Positions 54,440-61,999 of a stretch of DNA of 64,000 bases are shown in pieces. The translations under genes and the position numbers were made by a program. Positions within the stretch are counted from its first letter, which is position 1. Every line of letters begins with the position of its first letter. The DNA is from Micromonosporaceae bacterium. GTDB taxonomy: Bacteria > Actinomycetota > Actinomycetes > Mycobacteriales > Micromonosporaceae. The stretch covers positions 25,800-89,799 of the forward strand of contig DASUXA010000040.1 of NCBI GenBank assembly GCA_036378155.1, in the 5' to 3' direction. The notes under the pieces are model-generated. The model saw only the letters and a list, made by a program, of their open reading frames with translations, was not told where the DNA came from and ran no database searches.

Positions 54440-55747
54440 TCAGTCGTCCTCTCCCTGGATGGACACGGCGTCGACGCGCGCCGTCGTCGTGGCGGCGCGG
54501 TGGGCGAGCAGGTCGTCCACCATCTCGCCGGCGCGTACCGCGAGCACGCTGATCAGCGAGTCCGCGATGCCGTGACTGTCCTCGTTGACACCCTGCAGGT
54601 AGCAGCCGGCGGTGACGGAGGCCGGCGTGATCATGCGGTAGTGGCGGTCCACCGCGATGTCGCGCACCCCCACCGCCTCGGCGGTCTGCCGGATCAGCCA
54701 CGGCTTGTCCTGCTCGAAACCCGTGCCGAGGAGCACCATGTCGGCGCGTACCTCGCTGGTCGTGCCGCGCATCCGGTCGCGCACCGTCAGCACCACGTCG
54801 TCGCCGTCCATCCGGGTGGCGAGCACATCGGTCAGGGTGTGCATGACGATCCGCTCGCTGCCGGTCAGCCGGTCCTGGTACATCTGCCGGTACAGCGCGT
54901 CGAGCATGCCCGGCGCGAGCCCGGCGTAGTTGGTGCGGTGCATCTCCGCCAGCACCTGGGCGCGGACCTGCGGCGAGCCGGCGTAGAACTGGTCGACGAA
55001 GGACGGGTAGTACAGCTCGTTGGTGAACGCGCTGCTCTCGTAGCCGCGCAGCCCGGCGGATCTCATGATCATCCGGCATTCGGCGGCGGGGAACCGCTGG
55101 TACACCGTCCACAGCATCTCGGCGGCGCTCTGCGCGCCGCCGACGACCACGAGCCGGCGTACCGCCGCCGGGTCGATCAACTCCACGCGGCTGGTGAACT
55201 CGGTGCTGTGCACGACCCGCTCGCCGGGCAGGTTCCGGAACTCGGCGGGTACGGCGGGGGTGCGACCGATGCCGATGACCACGTCCCGGCAGCGCACGAC
55301 CTCGCCGGTGTCGAACCGGACCCGCCAGCCGTCCACGGTACCGTCGTCGCGCGACGAGACGGGCTCGACCGCGGTGACGGTTCGTCCGTACTCCACCTGC
55401 ACCCGCTCCAGCGACTTGGCGACCCACTGCAGGTACGCGGACACCTCGAGGCGGAACGGGGTGGCGGAGCCGAGGTTGATGAACTCGTCGAGCCGGCGGA
55501 CCGAGTGCAGGTAGTTGATGAACGAGTACTTACTGCGCGGATTGCGCAGCGTCGCGAGGTCCTTCAGGAAGCTGACCTGGCTCTGCGTCCACGGCAACAG
55601 CATGCCGCGCTGCCAGGCGATGTCGTCGTGCCGTTCCACTACGAGGGTCTCGTCGGCGAGCTGCGGAGCCATCTCCTCGGCCGCCACGGCGAAGGCGAGG
55701 TTGGCGGGACCGGCGCCTACCGCGACCACTGACATCTGTCTTTCCAT
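54440..55747 (-). CDS. flavin-dependent lysine/ornithine N-hydroxylase (SidA/IucD/PvdA family)
   Basis: Blocks VGAGPANL, FLKDLATLRNPRSKYSF, VVGGAQSAAE and LGTGF. Confidence 0.9.
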   Translation of the reverse strand: MERQMSVVAVGAGPANLAFAVAAEEMAPQLADETLVVERHDDIAWQRGMLLPWTQSQVSFLKDLATLRNPRSKYSFINYLHSVRRLDEFINLGSATPFRLEVSAYLQWVAKSLERVQVEYGRTVTAVEPVSSRDDGTVDGWRVRFDTGEVVRCRDVVIGIGRTPAVPAEFRNLPGERVVHSTEFTSRVELIDPAAVRRLVVVGGAQSAAEMLWTVYQRFPAAECRMIMRSAGLRGYESSAFTNELYYPSFVDQFYAGSPQVRAQVLAEMHRTNYAGLAPGMLDALYRQMYQDRLTGSERIVMHTLTDVLATRMDGDDVVLTVRDRMRGTTSEVRADMVLLGTGFEQDKPWLIRQTAEAVGVRDIAVDRHYRMITPASVTAGCYLQGVNEDSHGIADSLISVLAVRAGEMVDDLLAHRAATTTARVDAVSIQGEDD

Positions 55748-55756
55748 CGTGCGCCC

Positions 55757-56881
55757 TCATCCCCACGCTGTGTCGGCGCCCTGGACCGGGCAGGTCAGCA
55801 CCGGCGGGCTTGCGAAAAACGACGGCGACTGCCCGGACATCGCGGCGCCCAACGCGGTCGCGGCGAGCCGGCTCGACGCCAGGACACTCTTCGCGGCGCC
55901 CCCCGCACCACCGGTGAAGCTGTACACCCCGGGCATGCCCGCGACCGCGCGCAGCCGCAGCCCGCCGTCGGCGGCGAAACACTCCGTCGCGGCGGTCACC
56001 CGTCGCGGCGGCGGCAGCGGTCCGGCGAGCCCGAGGACGGTACGGGCGACATCGGACACCCGCTCGACGCAGACCGGGTCGGCAGCGATGTCGCCCGGCG
56101 CGACACCCCACGCCGACGTGGCGACCCCGAGCAGCACCGCGCCGTCGCCGTAGCTGCGCCCGTACAGCGTGGACAGGTCGTCGACGAGACAGCCGAGGTC
56201 GGGGCGTGCCAGCGGGTACACCCCGTACTGGATGCGCCGGGTGCGCAGCGGCACAGGCAGCAGCCTGCCGGTCCACGCGCCGGCGGCGACGACCACCGCG
56301 TCGTGCCGCCGGACGGTACCGCCGACCAGCGTCACCGCCGGTCCCGCGTCCGACGCCGGTACCGCCTGCACCGCCGCGACCGGTTCGTCGCGCACCCGGG
56401 CACCCAGGTCGGCGGCGCGCGCGGCGGCGTACCGGCGCATCGCGTCCGGATCGACGTACCCGGCGTACCGCTCGACCACGGCGACCGTGCCGTCCGGCCG
56501 GGGTCCTAGGTCGAGGGTCCGGGCGAGCTCGGCGGCGGGTACCACCCGCGCCGAACCGGCGACCGCCGCGTCCAGCACCGCGAGCTGGGGCTGGGGGTCG
56601 GCGTCCGGGCGCAGGAAGTAGCTGGAGCGCGTCTCGCGGTACCCGCAGGCGCGCGCCAGCATCGGGTCGCCGCGCAGCTCGGCGAGGCTGGCGGCAGCCA
56701 ACCGGCACTGGTCCAGGTCGGTCTCGAAGCCCCGGACGAACCCTCCGGACGCCCCGGTGGCGTCCATGCCCGACGTCGCCGGGTCCCGGTACAGGTCGAC
56801 GTGCGCGCCCTGTTCGGCGAGGCGCAGCGCGAGCATCGAGCCGGCGACGCCGCCGCCGACGACGGCTATCCGGGTGCCCAT
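55757..56881 (-). CDS. FAD-dependent oxidoreductase (D-amino-acid-oxidase family)
   Basis: Started at ATG 56881 (MGTRIAVVGGGVAGSMLALRLAEQG). GTG 56935 is an alternative start. Confidence 0.85.
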   Translation of the reverse strand: MGTRIAVVGGGVAGSMLALRLAEQGAHVDLYRDPATSGMDATGASGGFVRGFETDLDQCRLAAASLAELRGDPMLARACGYRETRSSYFLRPDADPQPQLAVLDAAVAGSARVVPAAELARTLDLGPRPDGTVAVVERYAGYVDPDAMRRYAAARAADLGARVRDEPVAAVQAVPASDAGPAVTLVGGTVRRHDAVVVAAGAWTGRLLPVPLRTRRIQYGVYPLARPDLGCLVDDLSTLYGRSYGDGAVLLGVATSAWGVAPGDIAADPVCVERVSDVARTVLGLAGPLPPPRRVTAATECFAADGGLRLRAVAGMPGVYSFTGGAGGAAKSVLASSRLAATALGAAMSGQSPSFFASPPVLTCPVQGADTAWG

Positions 56882-57134
56882 CAAGTCAGGTTCGGCCGGG
56901 AGGGGGACGCCGGCGCGCCTTTGCGCGCGGACCACCGGTCGAACCCACGCATGATCGACTCCGCTGGACGATGACGAACGCTGTCCTCTTCCACTGTGGA
57001 GGGGAGGATATGGTCGGCTCGGAGGGCGGGCAAGGGTTCACCGTCGCCCTCGACGCGCGTAGATGCCTCGGACGAGCGGTGTGACCTCGACCACCTCCAC
57101 CGATCGGTTGGTTCTCAGCTTTCGCTCAGGCACC

Positions 57135-57163
57135 CCGCCGCGCGCCGCGCGGGCGCGCGGCGG
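57135..57163 (-). terminator. 12-bp GC hairpin 7 nt downstream of the MFS stop
   Basis: CCGCCGCGCGCC-GCGCG-GGCGCGCGGCGG. Confidence 0.5.
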
Positions 57164-57169
57164 CGTGCT

Positions 57170-58426
57170 TCAGGCTTCGGCACCCGCCTGCGCCGGCTCG
57201 TCGGCGACGGTGGGCGCGGTCGGCACGGCGGTCGGAGCGGGCTGGACCGCGACGAGCACGACGGCGGCGGCGGTCAACGCCGCGGACGCGACGATCGTCG
57301 GGGTGTAGCTGTGCTCGATGTCCGCGAGCATCGCCCCCAGCTGGCTGGTGACCGCCACCGAGAGCATGTGCACCGCCCACAGCACCCCGAGCGCGGTGCC
57401 GCGCACCTCCGGCGGCAGAACGCGGCTCACCCACATGGTCGTGGCGACCACGGTGGCGAGGTAGCTCGCGCCGAACACCGCGCCGAACGCGATGACGGTC
57501 GCCGGGTTCGCGACGAACAGCAGCATGACCATCGCGGCGGCGCGCATCGCGTACGCCCCGGCCAACGAGGCGCGGATCCACCCCAGGTCGCACAGCCGTC
57601 CCACGACCAGCGACCCGATGATCTCCAGGGCCCCCAGCACCGCCACCGCCGACGCGCCGGTCGAGCTGGAAATGCCGTGGTCGTGCAGATAAGGGAAAAG
57701 ATGTACGTCGATGAATGCCATCGTGGTTCCGCACCCGATGAACGCCAGCACCAGAGCGCGGATCTGCGGGTGGCGGAACGTGGTCGCGGTCGCCTGCCAC
57801 AGCGACACCCGTGCCGGGCGCTCGGCGGGGGCCTGCCGGGTGGACAGTCGTACCAGCACCAGGGACAGCGGCAGCAGCACGACCAGGAAGATCAGCCCGA
57901 GGACGAACAGCACCTGGTTCCACGACGTGGTGTGGTCCAGGTGCGCCCACAGCGGAACGAGCACCATGAAGCCCACTGCCGCGCCGTTGGTCAGCACCGC
58001 GTACACCAGTCCGCTGTTGCGACCGCGGAACAGTTGATCGGCGAGCACTCCCAGCGGTACGTAGGAGAGCATGGTCACCGCGACCGCGCCGACCACCCCG
58101 TAGCTGACAATGAAGATCCACAGGTGGCTGGTGGTGGCGCTGAGCAGCAGCACCAGCCCGTTGAGCGCGGTGCCGACGGCGAGGACCGGGATCGCGCCGA
58201 TCCGGTCGGCGAGGTGCCCGACCACGGACGAGGACACGGCGGTGAACACCGCGAACAGCGTGGTCGCGATCGCCAGGCTGCCCCGGCTGACCTCGAAGCC
58301 GCCCGCGATGTCCAGGAAGAACACCTGGACGGTGCTCTTCAGGGACGACCCGGCGAGCGAGATCAGAAAGCTCGCCGTCGCCGCGAAGATCGCGAACGCG
58401 GTGCCTACCTTGGCGGTCCTGGTCAT
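57170..58426 (-). CDS. MFS transporter (12 TM)
   Basis: Started at ATG 58426 (MTRTAKVGTAFAIFAATASF). It has hydrophobic repeats throughout. Confidence 0.85.
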   Translation of the reverse strand: MTRTAKVGTAFAIFAATASFLISLAGSSLKSTVQVFFLDIAGGFEVSRGSLAIATTLFAVFTAVSSSVVGHLADRIGAIPVLAVGTALNGLVLLLSATTSHLWIFIVSYGVVGAVAVTMLSYVPLGVLADQLFRGRNSGLVYAVLTNGAAVGFMVLVPLWAHLDHTTSWNQVLFVLGLIFLVVLLPLSLVLVRLSTRQAPAERPARVSLWQATATTFRHPQIRALVLAFIGCGTTMAFIDVHLFPYLHDHGISSSTGASAVAVLGALEIIGSLVVGRLCDLGWIRASLAGAYAMRAAAMVMLLFVANPATVIAFGAVFGASYLATVVATTMWVSRVLPPEVRGTALGVLWAVHMLSVAVTSQLGAMLADIEHSYTPTIVASAALTAAAVVLVAVQPAPTAVPTAPTVADEPAQAGAEA

Positions 58427-58773
58427 TGAGCAGCCTCTGCTTCGGACGTACGGAGCGGTGTCGAGCCTTGCGTCGAGCGCGCGTCGACCACCGCCGTGGT
58501 GATCGCCGACCGGGTCATCCTGGCATGCGCGCGCATCGACGACCAGCACTGGTGTCGCGGCGCTGGCGGCGGTACGTTCTCCGGTTGCCGTGAGCGACGG
58601 CGATCCCGACGACGCTGCTCCCGCCGTGCTCGGGTACCGGCGCCGTCACCTTCAACCCGAAGCCGGCGAGCAGCACGTCGTAACCAGGCGACCGTGAAGG
58701 TCAGCTACGCCGGGCAGCCCTGACCCGACGACCGACCTGCGGCAACCCGGCACCTACGACGCGGACTGTCACA

Positions 58774-60096
58774 TCAGCGGGCGTGCGCGGGCGAGCGGGT
58801 CGCGGCGGCGGCGCGGACGAATTCGGCGCGGGGATGCTGCAGTTCGGTGAGCGACACGACGTCGTGCGGGAAGACCGCGTCGACCGCCCAGTCCGCCGCC
58901 ACCCGCACCTGCCGGCTGACCGTCGGCAACTGCCACCAGTGGTACGTCCGGTGCATCAGCCACGCCGGCAACCCGCACGCCTTGAACTGGTAGATCTGGG
59001 CGGTGCCCTGGAACCGGCCCAGGCTGGCGACCGACCCGAGGTACCGGTGCCGGTAGGTGCGCAACCGGTGCCCGCGCACCTCGGCGAGCAGGTTGTCCGC
59101 CAGCCGGCGAGCCTGGCGCATCGCGTGCTGGGCGGTCGGGCCGACCAGCGCGTCCGGGTTGTCGCTGGTGAGGTCCGGTACCGCCGCGCAGTCCCCCGCG
59201 GTCCACGCCGCCGGGGTGTCGACGACCCGCAGGTACGCGTCGGCGAGCAACCGACCCCGGCTGTCGCGCGGCAGGTCGGTCTCCGCCAGCATCGGGTTCG
59301 GTCGTACCCCGGCGGTCCAGATCAGGGTGTCGGCGTCGAACGACTCCCCCGGGTCCAGTTCCACGTGACCGTCGACGCAGGAGGTGACGCGGGTGCGCAG
59401 GCGTACGTCGACGCCGCGCGCGGCGAGCAGGTCGACGGTGTACCGGGCGAGGTCCGCGCCGACCTCGGGCATGATCCGCTCGGTCGCCTCGACCAGCACC
59501 CACCTGAGGTCCGTCGGTTCCAGCTCGCCGAACAGGTCGACCACCCGGCGGCTCATGTCGGACAGCTCGCCGAGCGCCTCGATGCCGGCATACCCGCCGC
59601 CGACCACGACGAAGGTCAGCGCGCGGCGTCGGGCGTGCGGGTTCGTGGTACCGGCGGCGAACGAGAGCCGTTCGAGGACGTGGTCGCGCAGGTACACCGC
59701 CTCGCCGAGGGACCGGAAGCTGATGCCGACCTCGGCGAGCCCCGGGATCGGCAGGGTACGGGCGACCGATCCGGGGCTGACGACCACGTGGTCGTAGCTG
59801 ATCTCCCGGTACTCGTCGCCGGCGAGCCGTACCGTCGCCCGGCGCGCGGCATGACTGATCCCGACCACCTCGCCACCGATGATCTGCGCGTGCGGCAGCA
59901 CCCGGCGCAGCGGTACCGCCACGTGCCGGGGCTCCACGTTCCCGGCCGCCGTCTCGGCGAGCAGCGGCTGGTAGGTCATGTGCGTGCGGGGATCGACCAG
60001 CACCACGTCGAGTTCCCCCGGCCGCATCCGGCGGTACAGCCGCAGCGCCGTGTACAGCCCGACGTATCCCCCGCCGATGATCAGTACCCGTGGCAT
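58774..60096 (-). CDS. ndh: type II NADH dehydrogenase (NDH-2)
   Basis: Blocks VLIIGGGYVGLY, FVVVGGGYAGIE and WTAGDCA. Confidence 0.9.
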   Translation of the reverse strand: MPRVLIIGGGYVGLYTALRLYRRMRPGELDVVLVDPRTHMTYQPLLAETAAGNVEPRHVAVPLRRVLPHAQIIGGEVVGISHAARRATVRLAGDEYREISYDHVVVSPGSVARTLPIPGLAEVGISFRSLGEAVYLRDHVLERLSFAAGTTNPHARRRALTFVVVGGGYAGIEALGELSDMSRRVVDLFGELEPTDLRWVLVEATERIMPEVGADLARYTVDLLAARGVDVRLRTRVTSCVDGHVELDPGESFDADTLIWTAGVRPNPMLAETDLPRDSRGRLLADAYLRVVDTPAAWTAGDCAAVPDLTSDNPDALVGPTAQHAMRQARRLADNLLAEVRGHRLRTYRHRYLGSVASLGRFQGTAQIYQFKACGLPAWLMHRTYHWWQLPTVSRQVRVAADWAVDAVFPHDVVSLTELQHPRAEFVRAAAATRSPAHAR

Positions 60097-60208
60097 CGGC
60101 TCGCCCTACCCGCGAACGGGACGCGGAAACCTGACGCGACCAGGCATGCGGCGCGGGGCTCACGGGTACCGCCGGAGTGTGCGCCCAGCGGAACCGACCC
60201 GCCGAGCC

Positions 60209-60260
60209 GGGCCCACGCCGGGCGCGCCGAAAGCGGGCCCACCTCGGGCGCGCCGAACGT
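60209..60260 (+). repeat. two 26-bp direct repeats (22/26 identical) upstream of a small ORF
   Basis: GGGCCCACGCCGGGCGCGCCGAAAGC and GGGCCCACCTCGGGCGCGCCGAACGT. Confidence 0.8.
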
Positions 60261-60281
60261 CAGTCAGGGGAGGCAGCGGCG

Positions 60282-60497
60282 ATGACCGACAGCAGCGGCG
60301 AGCAGCAACCGGAGCGGACCGACGGGTCGCGCGAGCCGGAGCCCGAGGTGCGGGTACGCACCGGGGCCGACCAGCCGTGGGATCCGGAGGACCTGACCGT
60401 GGCGAAGGGACAGGACCCGACGCCCGGCAACGTCGAGCGCAGCCGGCGCGAACTCGACGAGGAAGGGCCGTCCGCGATCGAGCGGACCGTGCCCTGA
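60282..60497 (+). CDS. small acidic hypothetical protein (71 aa)
   Basis: ATG 60282 lies 8 nt after GGGGAGG. The composition is charged and looks disordered, so coding is not certain. Confidence 0.5.
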   Translation: MTDSSGEQQPERTDGSREPEPEVRVRTGADQPWDPEDLTVAKGQDPTPGNVERSRRELDEEGPSAIERTVP

Positions 60498-60536
60498 CCG
60501 GCCACCGTCGAGCGGCGCGGTACCGGTCGGCGGCGG

Positions 60537-61523
60537 TCAGCTGAGCGCGGGGTACAGCGCCGCGGCGAACACGAGGTAGAGCAGCCCGGCGAGGGACAGC
60601 CGACGGACCGTCAACCGGCCGCGGCGCAGCAGCAGCCACAGGTACCCGATGGACGCCATGGTGACCAGCCCCGAGATCACCAGGACGGTGTCGAACCGCC
60701 ACGGGGTGAACAGCAGACCCAGCCCGCTCGGTACGGTCGCCTGGATCATCATCGCGCCCGACACGTTCGCCAGCGCCAACCTGGTCTTGCCCTGGCGCAC
60801 CCAGATGATCGCGTTCATCGTCTCGGGCAGTTCGGTCGCGATCGGGGACAGCAGCAGCGCGGTGACCGCGGCGGGCAGCCCCAGCATCGGGCCGATGGCG
60901 TCCAACTGGCGGACGAACAGTTGCGACGCCAGGAAGATCACCGCGAGGGTACCGAGGGTCTGCGCCACCACCGCCCAGCCGGCGGGTTGGGCGCGACGAC
61001 GCTGCAGCAGCAGCGGTTCGAGGTCCTCCTGCTCACCGGGGTCGCCGCCGCCGCGCAGCTCGCGCCAGAAGTACACCCCGTACACCGCGAAGAACACCAG
61101 CCCGAGCCAGGGTTTGACGGCGAACGCGACCAGCCCGAGGGCGACCTTGACGACGAACACCGCCATGAACCAGGACTGGTCGCGGGCGAGTTTGCGGGTG
61201 TCGCCGAGTTCCGCGGCGCCGGTGCGCCGACGCGCCAGCAGCATCCAGCCGACCACGCCGTACGCGATCGTGGCGAGCACCAGCGGTCCGCCCATGGCGG
61301 CGCCGACGCCGAGGTCCTTCTCGGACGGCGAGGAGCCGAACACCACGGCGACGAAGGTCACGACGCTCTCCGGCAGCGCGGTGCCGAACGCGGCGAGGAT
61401 GGTACCGACCGCGAGCGGCCCGACGTTGAGCCGCCGTCCGAGCCACTCCACCGCGTTGACGAACCACTCGCACGAGAAGTAGATGGCGACAGCCGCCACG
61501 ATCAACAGGATGACGTGAGTCAC
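60537..61523 (-). CDS. CaCA-family (sodium/calcium exchanger-type) cation antiporter
   Basis: Started at GTG 61523, 7 nt after GGAGGG. The two alpha-repeat signatures are GTALPE and ATELPE. About 10 TM. Confidence 0.85.
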   Translation of the reverse strand: MTHVILLIVAAVAIYFSCEWFVNAVEWLGRRLNVGPLAVGTILAAFGTALPESVVTFVAVVFGSSPSEKDLGVGAAMGGPLVLATIAYGVVGWMLLARRRTGAAELGDTRKLARDQSWFMAVFVVKVALGLVAFAVKPWLGLVFFAVYGVYFWRELRGGGDPGEQEDLEPLLLQRRRAQPAGWAVVAQTLGTLAVIFLASQLFVRQLDAIGPMLGLPAAVTALLLSPIATELPETMNAIIWVRQGKTRLALANVSGAMMIQATVPSGLGLLFTPWRFDTVLVISGLVTMASIGYLWLLLRRGRLTVRRLSLAGLLYLVFAAALYPALS

Positions 61524-61698
61524 TCGGGTCCCTCCGCGCCGCGGGTCGAGGCGCGGAGGGGACCTCGACCGCGGCGCATGTAGCGCCGACACATGGTCGA
61601 AGGTCTCGTCCGCCCACCATCGCGGCGGGCCCGGCCACCGGGAGCGCGAGCTCCAGCATGTCGACGACCGGCGGGAGGACTACTCCCCTTCAGCGACC
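61524..61698 (-). ncRNA. candidate yybP-ykoY-type (Mn2+) riboswitch plus SD-sequestering expression platform
   Basis: The minus-strand RNA reads GGUCGCUGAAGGGGAGUAGUCC...GGACGAGACCUUCGACC (plus-strand coordinates 61698 down to 61595). It carries the conserved GGGGAGUAG and AGACC elements flanked by complementary GAAGG/CCUUC. Downstream there is an 11-bp hairpin, CCCUCCGCGCC / GGCGCGGAGGG, whose 3' arm contains the SD. Confidence 0.5.
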
Positions 61699-61766
61699 AA
61701 CACTGTACGCGACGCCGCTGCCGGGCTGTCACCCCCGCACGGGCGACATGCGGCGTCGGTCACGCA

Positions 61767-61809
61767 CCCGCGGCCGAGCGAGACCCCCCGATCAAGGCTC
61801 GGCCGCGGG
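61767..61809. other. 13-bp perfect stem / 17-nt loop hairpin of unknown role
   Basis: CCCGCGGCCGAGC-N17-GCTCGGCCGCGGG, in the 476-nt divergent spacer. Confidence 0.4.
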
Positions 61810-61999
61810 TACGGCGGGCGCGGCATAGCCGAACCGACGCGGGCCATCGGGTACCCGGTGCCGAGGCGCGCCAAACGTGAGATGGGTACGCGTCGGATGC
61901 GTCAGCCGGGGCGCAGGGGGTAAACGCCGATCGACGGACCGGGCAGACGACGCCGTGCCGCGGTAGTGTGCCGGGACCAGGCGAGACGCTGGATGGCTG

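Noticed and set aside
58427-58773. 347-nt gap upstream of the MFS gene with a protein-like reading (DVLLAGFGLKVTAPVPEHGGSSVVGIAVAHG) on the minus strand, considered as a pseudogene remnant or small ORF.
   Set aside because: The frame is bounded by stops after about 55 codons, has no ATG or SD, and turns Arg-rich. I cannot assign it to a family. It remains an unexplained spacer.
61524-61592. Upstream ATG 61592 as the start of the CaCA antiporter (MSALHAPRSRSPPRLDPRRGGTR...).
   Set aside because: The extension is Arg/Pro-rich, has no SD, and runs through the hairpin platform. GTG 61523 has GGAGGG at 7 nt and begins directly with the first TM helix.
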